From Gammaproteobacteria bacterium (GTDB lineage: Bacteria; Pseudomonadota; Gammaproteobacteria; GRL18), in contig JALUZF010000137.1 of the NCBI GenBank assembly GCA_027012135.1, positions 946 through 64,945 of the forward strand: a stretch of 64,000 nucleotides of DNA. The letters are read 5' to 3'. Of this stretch, positions 1 to 9,192 are shown piece after piece. The translations under genes were made by a program, and so were the position numbers. Each line of letters opens with the position of its first letter. Positions within the stretch are counted from its first letter, which is position 1. A model generated the notes under the pieces. That model saw nothing but the letters and a program-made list of their open reading frames with translations. It was not told the origin of the DNA and did not search any database.

Positions 1-973
1 AGCGCATACTTTTAATGTTGGCGTTAGCATTGGTCTGGTGCCAGTGGATGAAGATGCCGGCGATGTAGATCAACTATTAAGCCTGGCTGATTCTTCCTGT
101 TATGCTGCCAAGGATCTGGGTAAGAACCGGGTACATGTGTATCAGGATGATGATGAAAATGTCATGCGTAAAAAGGGTGAAATGCAATGGGTTTCCAGAA
201 TTAACCAGGCCTTGCAGGAAGACCGTTTTGAGCTGTATTTTCAGACCATAGTCCCAGTTAACTCTGAAGATGATGGTCTGCATTTTGAAATTTTGCTGCG
301 TATGGTTGATGAGCATGGTAACCTGATCCCACCGGGGGCTTTTTTACCGGCAGCAGAACATTATGATCTGGTCAAGATACTGGATCACTGGGTTGTTAGA
401 ACGGCCTTTAAGTGGCTTAATACTCATCCTGACTATACCCGTCAAATTGCCTCCTGCAGTATCAATCTGTCTGGAAATTCAATTGGTGATGAACACTTTA
501 TGCATCATCTGAAAGAACATTTTAAAAACTGTCAGTTCCCGGCAGAAAAAATTTGTTTCGAAGTTACTGAAACGGCGGCTATTCAGAACCTCAGTGTAGC
601 CAGCCTGTTTATTGATACCATTAAAGAGCTGGGCTGTTCTTTTTCCCTGGATGATTTTGGTTCAGGTATGTCGTCATTTGGTTATTTAAAACAGCTCAAT
701 ATTGATTACCTGAAAATTGATGGTCTGTTTGTTAAAGACATTGTTATTGATCCGGTCGATGAGGCCATGGTCAGATCCATTAACGAGGTTGGGCATATGA
801 TGGGCCTGAAAACAGTGGCTGAATATGTGGAAAATGATGATATTCTGTCTGTTATAAAAGAAATTGGCGTAGACTATGCCCAGGGTTATGGACTGTGTCG
901 CCCCCGGCCTATTAAGGATATTCCTGAAGTTCTGCAGCAGGGCGCAGAAAGCTCCTCCCAAAGGGAGAAGTAA
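1..973 (+). CDS. C-terminal part of a GGDEF-EAL c-di-GMP signalling protein (5-prime end outside window)
   Basis: Frame is open from base 2 (AHTFNVGVSIGLVPVD, the tail of a GGDEF domain). It continues into an EAL domain with FEILLRM, LDDFGSGMSS, KIDG and QGYG motifs. Stop at 971-973. Confidence 0.85.
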   Translation, partial: AHTFNVGVSIGLVPVDEDAGDVDQLLSLADSSCYAAKDLGKNRVHVYQDDDENVMRKKGEMQWVSRINQALQEDRFELYFQTIVPVNSEDDGLHFEILLRMVDEHGNLIPPGAFLPAAEHYDLVKILDHWVVRTAFKWLNTHPDYTRQIASCSINLSGNSIGDEHFMHHLKEHFKNCQFPAEKICFEVTETAAIQNLSVASLFIDTIKELGCSFSLDDFGSGMSSFGYLKQLNIDYLKIDGLFVKDIVIDPVDEAMVRSINEVGHMMGLKTVAEYVENDDILSVIKEIGVDYAQGYGLCRPRPIKDIPEVLQQGAESSSQREK

Positions 974-984
974 TTAAGGCTGGT

Positions 985-1482
985 TTACTTTGGGGACAAT
1001 TTAATGGTTTGGTGCCTGGGTACCTGGAACGCATCAGGTAAGGGGGTATCGGTAAACCATTGATTTGTTTTTTCATCATACCACCATTTAACCGTATGAC
1101 GGATTTCCTTGATAACCGATGAATTTTCCGGATGGTATTCAATCTGGTAAATTGTTTTAGCTGATTTTTTGTTTTCAATAATGCCGCTGTGAATTGTTTC
1201 CACATGGGGTACTTTCAGATGAGATAAATATTCCAGTTCTTCATCGGTTGGCGGCGTTACTCTGGAAGCCGGATTTTCCGGGTTGGCTTTCATAAGCTGG
1301 AACAGGGTATACCATTCACCCCAGCGCATTGAAGCACTGTATAACTCATCAGATTGCTGGAAACGATTAATGGGATCATGGGTATCCAGTTCAGAACAGC
1401 CGGTTATAAGAAAAAAGAATAGAACGGATATAAGCAAATGTGAAAATGGAATTTTTAAGTTTATTTTTTTTAATGGCGGCAC
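985..1482 (-). CDS. Hypothetical lipoprotein
   Basis: 165-aa ORF with an N-terminal hydrophobic signal ending in the lipobox LITG-C. No catalytic motif recognised. Confidence 0.6.
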   Translation of the reverse strand: MPPLKKINLKIPFSHLLISVLFFFLITGCSELDTHDPINRFQQSDELYSASMRWGEWYTLFQLMKANPENPASRVTPPTDEELEYLSHLKVPHVETIHSGIIENKKSAKTIYQIEYHPENSSVIKEIRHTVKWWYDEKTNQWFTDTPLPDAFQVPRHQTIKLSPK

Positions 1483-1694
1483 TTTGTGTTTATCCCCTTG
1501 TGATTATAAATAGTCATTATAAACGGTTATTAAAACCATTATTTCAAAAAATTATTTGGTCAGGCTTAAGTCTTAAATGTAAATGTTTTCCTGATTTTAC
1601 TGGTTTGGTGCTTTAAAACAAGTCTACCCGAGCACAAATCAGATAGCATTATCAATTGCTAATGTTTATTTTTGTCTATAAAATAACTATTTAT

Positions 1695-1708
1695 TTGATC
1701 CAGATCAA
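1695..1708. promoter_or_regulatory. Perfect FNR/CRP-family palindrome TTGAT-N4-ATCAA
   Basis: ttgatccagatcaa read directly. It ends 47 nt upstream of the ppa start codon, in the divergent ppa/lipoprotein intergenic region. Confidence 0.35.
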
Positions 1709-1754
1709 AATACTTTTTAAACTAGCCTCATGAATCAACAAAACAGGTAAACAG

Positions 1755-2303
1755 ATGAATCTTGATAGAGTAACCACAGGAAAACACGTACCCAGTGAAT
1801 TTAATGTCATTATTGAAATACCGTCTCATAGTGATCCGGTAAAATATGAAGTAGATAAAGAAACCGGAGCCATGTTTGTTGACCGTTTTATTGGTACGGC
1901 CATGGTTTATCCCTGCAATTATGGTTATATTCCACACACGCTGTCCGATGACGGTGATGCGGTGGATGTACTGGTGGTGACACCTTTGCCCTTACAGTTC
2001 GGTTCGGTTATCCAGTGCCGTCCTATTGGTATGCTGTTAATGGAAGATGAAGCGGGACTGGATGCCAAGGTACTGGCTGTACCCATTGATAAACTAACCG
2101 GTATGTACACAAAAATCAGTTCTTTCAGAGATATGCCTAATACCTTGCTGGATACTCTGGCTCACTTCTTTGCTCATTATAAAGATCTGGAATCTGGAAA
2201 ATGGGTTAAAATTAAAGGCTGGGTGGATGTAGAGGATGCCAAGACAGAGATCCTGGAGAGTATTGAACGTTATCAGAATGCTCCGGATAAGCCTTGTTTT
2301 TAG
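1755..2303 (+). CDS. ppa: Inorganic pyrophosphatase (family I)
   Basis: 182 aa, collinear with bacterial Ppa ([42 protein letters not shown]). Confidence 0.95.
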   Translation: MNLDRVTTGKHVPSEFNVIIEIPSHSDPVKYEVDKETGAMFVDRFIGTAMVYPCNYGYIPHTLSDDGDAVDVLVVTPLPLQFGSVIQCRPIGMLLMEDEAGLDAKVLAVPIDKLTGMYTKISSFRDMPNTLLDTLAHFFAHYKDLESGKWVKIKGWVDVEDAKTEILESIERYQNAPDKPCF

Positions 2304-2418
2304 CGCTGAGCGCTGAGAAAGAGCCTGGAGGGTTTAAGTGCTAAGTGTTAAATGTTAAGAAAGAACAAATAACTTTCCTGGTAGTTGTATAAATTTTGGA
2401 ACAGGCTATGCTTTTTCT

Positions 2419-2446
2419 CAACGCTCAACGCTCAACGCTCAACGCT
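2419..2446. repeat. Four perfect tandem copies of the heptamer CAACGCT
   Basis: caacgct x4 read directly. The related opposite-orientation heptamers agcgctg x2 sit at 2302-2315, immediately after the ppa stop. Confidence 0.9.
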
Positions 2447-2458
2447 TCTTTTTCCCAT

Positions 2459-2488
2459 AAAAAAAGCCTGAAAAATCAGGCCTTTTTT
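2459..2488. terminator. Bidirectional rho-independent terminator
   Basis: A-run, stem gcctga / loop aaaa / tcaggc, then a T-run. It lies between the convergent ppa and the 63-aa minus-strand gene. Confidence 0.6.
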
Positions 2489-2562
2489 ATATCAGCGATA
2501 AACCGGCAGTCCCCCTTACCGGCTTATGAGCTTAATAGAAGTTTAATAAGTCCAGACTCGCG

Positions 2563-2754
2563 TTAAACTTCAAACATTTTTTCCATCGCTTCCATACCTT
2601 CCTTAACAATCTGCTCCAGATCTTCCGGACTGTCTTCTTCAGCGCATACCAGGGTAGTATAAGCTGATAAGGATTTTAGTGCACAGGCGATTTTTGCTAC
2701 ATCGTCAACATTCAGTTCAGCACCATCTTTGAGTTTCCAGTTTTCATCGGTCAT
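2563..2754 (-). CDS. Small acidic hypothetical protein (63 aa)
   Basis: Isolated ORF with the terminator downstream. No recognised domain. Confidence 0.45.
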   Translation of the reverse strand: MTDENWKLKDGAELNVDDVAKIACALKSLSAYTTLVCAEEDSPEDLEQIVKEGMEAMEKMFEV

Positions 2755-3011
2755 TTTGGGGATCCTTTTTAGTTAGTTTTAGGTTAGCTATTTTTATAGC
2801 TGTTTTATATCTGTGTTTATAAGCTTATATAATAAACTTATTATAAGGTATATGCTTTTTTAAAATTTTGCAATATTTTCAACTGATTAATTATGGCTTG
2901 ATGTCTGTAGTATTTTCATTTATCATTAAGTGTTGAATAATTGAATATTCTTATATACTTGATCCTTTTCTGTGCAAGTATGTGTAAGTTGTTGATATAA
3001 GTGAGTTAATA

Positions 3012-3356
3012 ATGCCTCAATCTCCACCAGAAAGTTTAATGCCACCCATTGAGGGCAGTTGCAGCGGCAGAGAAATCTACGCTTTACGTGCTCTGGGAGA
3101 CAGTATGGTGCCTGAATTTGAGCATGGTACCGTGATAATCGTCGATCCTGAAGCAGTAGTAAAAGACGGCTCTTACGTAATCGCCAAAATCGATGGTGAA
3201 TATATTTTCCGTCAACTAAGAATGTACGACGGCAAATTCTTTCTACAACCCCTAAATGATCTATACGAAACCATAGAAATAGAAGGCCTCGACGTACTCG
3301 ATGGCGTAATAGTACAGGCAGGAAACCGCCGCAAAGACAGAAAAAAATACACCTAA
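3012..3356 (+). CDS. Stand-alone S24 (LexA/UmuD-like) peptidase domain protein without an HTH
   Basis: 114 aa. The GDSM serine motif and overall collinearity match the LexA C-terminal domain. The position of the catalytic Lys (LexA VTVKRL) reads IFRQL here. Confidence 0.6.
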   Translation: MPQSPPESLMPPIEGSCSGREIYALRALGDSMVPEFEHGTVIIVDPEAVVKDGSYVIAKIDGEYIFRQLRMYDGKFFLQPLNDLYETIEIEGLDVLDGVIVQAGNRRKDRKKYT

Positions 3357-3366
3357 CCCTAAAAAC

Positions 3367-3393
3367 AGCGTTGAGCGCTCAGCGCTCAACGCT
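3367..3393. terminator. Bidirectional terminator built from inverted AGCGTTG/AGCGCTC heptamers
   Basis: agcgttgagcgct-c-agcgctcaacgct forms a 13-nt-arm palindrome flanked by an A-run and a T-run. It lies between the convergent S24 gene and glgP. Confidence 0.7.
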
Positions 3394-3399
3394 TTTTCT

Positions 3400-5910
3400 C
3401 TATTCCACCGGATAAGCCGCCACCTTCTCCAACTTCCATATATCCCGATTATATTCTTCCATCGTCCGGTCAGTAGAGAATTTACCGCTGGACAGGGTAT
3501 TGATAATACTCATGGTAGTCCAGTGTTTCTGATCCTGGTAGGCTCTGGATACCTGTTCCTGAGCATCAGTATAAGAGCGAAAGTCCGCTGCAGTCATCCA
3601 TAAATCCTGTGGATTCTTTATGGTCTGAATAATAGGATCAAACAAACCGGGTTCAAACTGACTAAAATAACCGGTTTCCAGCATTCTCATCACATTTCTG
3701 AAATCTGTATCGTCCTGTATGATTTTAACCGGATCATAATGGCTGCGCGTGACTTCCACTTCTTCAGCGGTCAGGCCGAATAAAAAGAAATTGTCTTCCC
3801 CGACTTCTTCCCTGATCTCAATATTGGCTCCGTCCAGGGTACCTATGGTCAGGGCGCCGTTCATCATAAATTTCATATTACCAGTACCGGAGGCTTCTTT
3901 ACCCGCCGTTGAAATCTGTTCGGACAGATCGGTACCTGGGCAGATCACTTCCATGGCGGAAACCCGATAATTTGGGAAAAAGGCTACTTTCAGGTAATCA
4001 CCCACTTCCGGGTCATTATTAACCACATCAGCTACATTATTAATGAGTTTGATGATCAGTTTGGCCATCGCATAGCCGGGTGCAGCTTTACCGCCGATTA
4101 GAACACAACGGTTAGTCCAGTTTTGGGTATCACCGGCCTTAATGCGGTTGTATAAATGAATGACATGCAGAATATTGAGCAGCTGGCGTTTGTATTCATG
4201 AATGCGTTTTACCTGTACATCAAACAGGGAGTCGCTGTTAAACTCGACTCTACATTCCTGTTTAACCAGTTCGGCCAGTTTTTGTTTGTTATTCTGCTTG
4301 ATAGTTCGCCACTGTTTGCGGAAGGCTTTTTTATCTATGCTTTTTTTCAGCTGTTTAAGCTGAGACAGATCCTTAACCCAGTCACTGCCGATAGTCTTTG
4401 TGATCAGCTGACGTAATTCAGGATTACAGCCGGCCAGCCAGCGGCGGGGAGTAACGCCATTGGTTTTATTATTAAATTTTTCCGGCCAGAGCTGATAAAA
4501 ATCATGGAACAGACCCTGTTTCAGTAAACGGGTATGTAAGGCTGCGACGCCATTAACAGAAAAACTGCCGGCAATGGCCAGGTAAGCCATTCGCACCTGA
4601 GGAACCGGACCTTCTTCAATAATGGACATGCGGCGCAGGCGGTCAGTATCTCCAGGCCAGTGCATGGCTACCTGCTTTAAAAAACGGGCATTGATTTCGT
4701 ATATAATTTCTAACAGGCGGGGCAGCAGGCGTTCAAATAAATGCACGGACCATTTTTCCAGGGCTTCCGGCAGCAGGGTATGGTTGGTATAAGCCATAGT
4801 TTTGCAAGTGATAGACCAGGCCTTATCCCAGGGCAGATTATATTCATCCATTAACAGGCGCATAAATTCAGCAACGGAGACGCTTGGATGGGTGTCATTA
4901 AGCTGAAAACAGTTTTTTTCTGCAAACTGTTCAAAATCACCATGGTGTACCAGCCATTCTCTTATGACGTCCTGCAGGCTGGCAGAGGCGAGAAGATATT
5001 GTTGACGTAAACGCAGTTCCTTGCCGTTTTCACTGCTGTCATTGGGATACAGCACCATGGTAATGTGTTCTGCCGAGTTTTTCTCTTTCACGGCTTCGGT
5101 ATAACTGCCGGAATTGAATTCATTCAGATCAAATTCGTCTGTTGCGGCGGCTTTCCATAAACGCAGGGTATTGACAGTACCATTCTGGAAGCCAGGAATA
5201 GGGATATCGTAAGGAATGGCCAGTACATCGCGGGTACCGACCCATTGCACTTTATAATTGCCGTCATGGCTAAGTCGTAATTCGGTATGCCCACCAAACT
5301 TGATGCGCCGGGTATATTCAGGGCGTTCCAGTTCCCATGGATTGCCATCCAGCAGCCAGTGATCAGTGTCTTCAACCTGGTAGCCGTTATCTATCCGCTG
5401 TCTGAACATACCGTATTCATAACGCAGACCATAACCTTTTACTGGCAGCTGTAAAGTGGCACAGCTATCCAGGAAACAGGCCGCCAGTCGTCCCAGGCCG
5501 CCGTTGCCAAGACCGGCATCCTGTTCAGTATCAGCAATTTCTTCCAGGTCCAGTCCCATGGAATAAAAAGATTTCTGTACTGCAGCATCCAGATCCAGAT
5601 TCAGTACGCTATTACTTAATGCCCGGCCCATTAAAAATTCCAGGGATACATAGTAAGTATGTCTGCAGTCATTATCCTGGTAGGCATAATGGGTATTTTT
5701 CCAACGTTCCATAAGACGATCACGAATGGTCAGGCTCAGGGCTTTATAAGGATAGTGGGTTGACTTACAGTTCCGGTCTCTGCCCAGAGTATGACTATAA
5801 TAATGGCGGAACCCTTCGGTAATTGACCTGTCATCCATGCCCAGTGCGGGAAGGGATGTCAGATCTTTAATGGGTTTGCTTTTGCGCATGACTTTGAAGT
5901 TGTTATTCAT
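3400..5910 (-). CDS. glgP: Glycogen/alpha-glucan phosphorylase
   Basis: 836 aa, full-length collinearity with the family. Contains the PLP-lysine signature EASGTGNMKFMMNGA. Confidence 0.95.
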   Translation of the reverse strand: MNNNFKVMRKSKPIKDLTSLPALGMDDRSITEGFRHYYSHTLGRDRNCKSTHYPYKALSLTIRDRLMERWKNTHYAYQDNDCRHTYYVSLEFLMGRALSNSVLNLDLDAAVQKSFYSMGLDLEEIADTEQDAGLGNGGLGRLAACFLDSCATLQLPVKGYGLRYEYGMFRQRIDNGYQVEDTDHWLLDGNPWELERPEYTRRIKFGGHTELRLSHDGNYKVQWVGTRDVLAIPYDIPIPGFQNGTVNTLRLWKAAATDEFDLNEFNSGSYTEAVKEKNSAEHITMVLYPNDSSENGKELRLRQQYLLASASLQDVIREWLVHHGDFEQFAEKNCFQLNDTHPSVSVAEFMRLLMDEYNLPWDKAWSITCKTMAYTNHTLLPEALEKWSVHLFERLLPRLLEIIYEINARFLKQVAMHWPGDTDRLRRMSIIEEGPVPQVRMAYLAIAGSFSVNGVAALHTRLLKQGLFHDFYQLWPEKFNNKTNGVTPRRWLAGCNPELRQLITKTIGSDWVKDLSQLKQLKKSIDKKAFRKQWRTIKQNNKQKLAELVKQECRVEFNSDSLFDVQVKRIHEYKRQLLNILHVIHLYNRIKAGDTQNWTNRCVLIGGKAAPGYAMAKLIIKLINNVADVVNNDPEVGDYLKVAFFPNYRVSAMEVICPGTDLSEQISTAGKEASGTGNMKFMMNGALTIGTLDGANIEIREEVGEDNFFLFGLTAEEVEVTRSHYDPVKIIQDDTDFRNVMRMLETGYFSQFEPGLFDPIIQTIKNPQDLWMTAADFRSYTDAQEQVSRAYQDQKHWTTMSIINTLSSGKFSTDRTMEEYNRDIWKLEKVAAYPVE

Positions 5911-6095
5911 GGATATTTTGCCTGATTTAATAGGGATAATTTACTGTGAGACATTATGACTCAGGGATCATAATTGTCAAATAGAGAGCACTATTTTAAG
6001 ATAATTTATAGGCAATTATTCAGTATAAAGTGTTGTGACGGAGTATTTACAGACAACTATAACTAGATACATTGAATTGTTAATGTTCTTCAGGA

Positions 6096-8546
6096 CTAAG
6101 GTAAAATATCGGTATCCGGGCGGGATAATTCAGCTTCAAGCTCTTTTTCCACCTGCTGAAATTCAGACTGGATCTGCTGTATTAATTCCAGAGCTTTTGC
6201 CTGGTTATTCTGATTGATTTGTGCATCTGCATTACATTCAATTTTTTCACACAACTGAGCAAGTCGTACTGCCCCAAGATTGGTGCTGCTGGACTTAAGC
6301 ATATGGGCTGTTTCAGTAAAAGCCTGTTTATCCATGTCCCGCGCGTACTGGCTTAATAAATCGATCAGATCAGGCGTATTATCCAGGTACAGACGGATTA
6401 ACCTGTGCAGTACATCAGGCTGCTCCGGACGCTGCAGTTCTCTGATCTGCTCCCAGGCCTGTTTCTGAATGGTACTGTTTTCAGGGGTAATATCTTCTTC
6501 CTTAAAAGTAACCACTGGTAACTGATGCTTACTGACGTCAAGCCATTGGGACAGTTTGTGAGCCAGCTCACTCAGGGTAAATGGTTTGCTAATGTAATCA
6601 TTCATACCTGCATGCAGGCATTGTTTGCGAATACCGTCACGGACATCGGCCGTCAGAGCAATAATGGGTAATTGTTCTTTACCAGAACGGAGTTCATTAT
6701 GGGTCCGTAAGTGTTCAGTAGCCCTAAATCCATCAATCTGGGGCATATGGCAATCCATAAGGATCATGTCTACCGGTTGTGCTTCAGCAATGCTGATGGC
6801 TTCTTTACCATTGCTGGCCAGCAGCACTTTGCAGCCGAATATTTCAAGCATGGTGCGGGCCAGTTCCTGATTTACGGGGTTGTCTTCGGCGACCAGAACT
6901 GTCGCGGCAAACTGTGGGGTTTCCTGGGCGCAGTCATTTTCCTGGGGACTTTCGGGTAGCAGATTTTCTTCACCCAGCTCCAGGGTTATAGTAAACCAGA
7001 AGGTACTGCCTGAATTGATAGCACTATTAACACCAATGTCACCATCCATCAGGGACACCAGCTGTTTACAGATGGACAGACCCAGTCCGGTTCCTGAGTA
7101 TTCACGGGTGGTGCTGCTGTCCACCTGTGAGAAGGCTTCAAAAACAATACTCTGCTTATCGTAAGGAATACCAATACCGCTGTCTTCTACCTCAAAATAG
7201 AGTTTGATATGTTTATTATCATTATACTGCCCCAGTTCAGGAATGGAGCAGCGCAGGATGATTTCACCCCGGTTGGTAAACTTCAGGGCATTACTGAGCA
7301 GGTTGCTTAATATCTGCTGCAGACGGTTTCGATCGCCAATCAGCACCAGGTGTTCATCAATAACAGGTTCTGAACGCAGCTGCAGGCCCTTGGCCCTGGC
7401 ATCTTCACTAAACAGCTCCAGGGTATCAAGCAGCAGGTTGTAGGGTCGAAAAGCCTGTTTATCCAGGGATAGTTTGCCGGATTCAAACTTGGAAAAATCC
7501 AGTATTTCATTAATAAGAAACAGCAGTGATTTGCCGGAACGCTGTACGGTATTGAGTAATTTAGTCTGTTTGTCGGTTAGCCGGGTACGCAGCAGAATTT
7601 CAACCATACCCAGAACACCATTCATCGGGGTGCGGATCTCATGGCTGATGGTCGCCATAAAATCACTTTTTATATGGTTGGCTTTTTCGGCGATGTTTTT
7701 GGCCTGCAGGGCTTCAAGGGTAATAGCCTGCAGTTCATTGTTCTTTTTATACAGGTCCCTGGTGCGTTCGGCTACTTCACTTTCCAGACGTTGACTGTAA
7801 CTGGCCAGTTGGCTGTCCCGCTGTTGTATCTCGTTAAGCATCTCATTAAATACATCGACCAGGGTGCCGTATTCGTCATTGCTGATCTTATTTGCACGGA
7901 TATTATATTTTTTTTCTGTGGAGACAGATTTCATCGTCTCCATTAACTCAGTTAATGGTGTAGTAAATACTTTTTGCAAACGGGTGGAAATCAGCACCAC
8001 AATTAAAAACGACAGCAAAGCAATAGTAATAACCAGCAGAGAGTAATTATCCAGTTGTCTGGCCAGAGTGTTCTGCTGATAAAGCAGATGAATAGCACCG
8101 ACATTTTCTCCCTGGAGATTAATTTTACGGATGATCAGGTGATAGGGGTAATGTATTGTGGATGATTGTAAATCTGAACAGCTCTGGCTGCTGTCATTAT
8201 TTAAATTAAAAGCAGTTTTATCTTTCTGGTATCTGGGGGACAGGTAGTAACTGAAAACCTGGCCTTTTTTATCACAGAGTATAGTCGCCACAATATCAGA
8301 ATGGCTACTTAAAGATTTCAGGGTTTCCCTGGCCGCATCGGGATCATCAAAGGCTATGGCTGCAGCACTGCTCCAGCCGACTACGTCAGCCAGAGCCGTT
8401 AATTCTTTAATGGTATCGAAATTGGCACGGCGGGTTTCATTAAAAATAACGGCTGATGTCAGTAGTAATAGCCCAATAGCAGATGCCAGGCTCATCATCA
8501 GGATCAGCTTAAAGCGTACAGAGAGATTTTTAAATTCAGGTATCAT
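6096..8546 (-). CDS. Hybrid sensor histidine kinase / response regulator with HPt domain
   Basis: 816 aa. N-terminal TM plus periplasmic sensor, HAMP, H-box SHEIRTPMNG, HATPase (DSGIGI, GTGLGLSI), receiver (LMDCHMPQIDG) and a C-terminal HPt (HMLKSSSTNLG). Confidence 0.9.
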   Translation of the reverse strand: MIPEFKNLSVRFKLILMMSLASAIGLLLLTSAVIFNETRRANFDTIKELTALADVVGWSSAAAIAFDDPDAARETLKSLSSHSDIVATILCDKKGQVFSYYLSPRYQKDKTAFNLNNDSSQSCSDLQSSTIHYPYHLIIRKINLQGENVGAIHLLYQQNTLARQLDNYSLLVITIALLSFLIVVLISTRLQKVFTTPLTELMETMKSVSTEKKYNIRANKISNDEYGTLVDVFNEMLNEIQQRDSQLASYSQRLESEVAERTRDLYKKNNELQAITLEALQAKNIAEKANHIKSDFMATISHEIRTPMNGVLGMVEILLRTRLTDKQTKLLNTVQRSGKSLLFLINEILDFSKFESGKLSLDKQAFRPYNLLLDTLELFSEDARAKGLQLRSEPVIDEHLVLIGDRNRLQQILSNLLSNALKFTNRGEIILRCSIPELGQYNDNKHIKLYFEVEDSGIGIPYDKQSIVFEAFSQVDSSTTREYSGTGLGLSICKQLVSLMDGDIGVNSAINSGSTFWFTITLELGEENLLPESPQENDCAQETPQFAATVLVAEDNPVNQELARTMLEIFGCKVLLASNGKEAISIAEAQPVDMILMDCHMPQIDGFRATEHLRTHNELRSGKEQLPIIALTADVRDGIRKQCLHAGMNDYISKPFTLSELAHKLSQWLDVSKHQLPVVTFKEEDITPENSTIQKQAWEQIRELQRPEQPDVLHRLIRLYLDNTPDLIDLLSQYARDMDKQAFTETAHMLKSSSTNLGAVRLAQLCEKIECNADAQINQNNQAKALELIQQIQSEFQQVEKELEAELSRPDTDILP

Positions 8547-9133
8547 GGTCTGTTAGCAATGCTTTTTTTGATAATGGCCAGTTTCAGTAACCTGGAGCTG
8601 ATTTTCAGGCCTGCCTGTTGAGCTTTTTCCGGATCAATCTGAAAACGAACTTTATGCCTGTGCATAATAAAGTTTAAAATAGCATGGGATTGACCAATAT
8701 CAGGCAGTTCACTAATAGTAAGAATAGAATGTTGCTGGGCCAGTTTAAAGATTTGTCTCATATTACTTTGTTTTATGCCGCTGATAAACAGAATATGGCA
8801 TTGTTTAATCATGTTTAGCCTGGATATAATATTCAACCGGGCAGTATGGCCATTAATATTTTTTCCTTTAACCAGAGTAAAAGTACTTTTCAGGGTTTCA
8901 TTACCCATAACACAGATATTAATAGCTTCGGATGCTTTAAGACGTTTTTCCGGCCATTGTGTCAGGCGTGCAAAATTCATTGTAAAGGCCGCTTTTACCA
9001 TATATTCATCAAATTTATCCTGTGCGGATGCAGTGTAACCGTAATTTATGGTTAACAGACTGAGCAGCAGCAGTATAAACTGCCTGATTAGATGAATGGT
9101 TTTAACGTACTTCATTATTATGCTGCATTCCAT
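8543..9133 (-). CDS. YfiR/DUF4154-family periplasmic protein
   Basis: Signal peptide, VKAAFTMNFARLTQWP and LKISSRLLKLA motifs. 4-bp overlap with the downstream kinase. An alternative ATG at 9115 is possible. Confidence 0.8.
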   Translation of the reverse strand: MECSIIMKYVKTIHLIRQFILLLLSLLTINYGYTASAQDKFDEYMVKAAFTMNFARLTQWPEKRLKASEAINICVMGNETLKSTFTLVKGKNINGHTARLNIISRLNMIKQCHILFISGIKQSNMRQIFKLAQQHSILTISELPDIGQSHAILNFIMHRHKVRFQIDPEKAQQAGLKISSRLLKLAIIKKSIANRP

Positions 9134-9192
9134 ATCCTTTTATAATCATCCGTTTACTACAATGAATGATTAAATGATTTCCAGGCGGCTGC

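Noticed and set aside
2419-2446. Heptamer array considered as a possible mini-CRISPR or coding repeat
   Set aside because: The units are 7 nt, contiguous, have no spacers and are intergenic. This is a simple tandem repeat.
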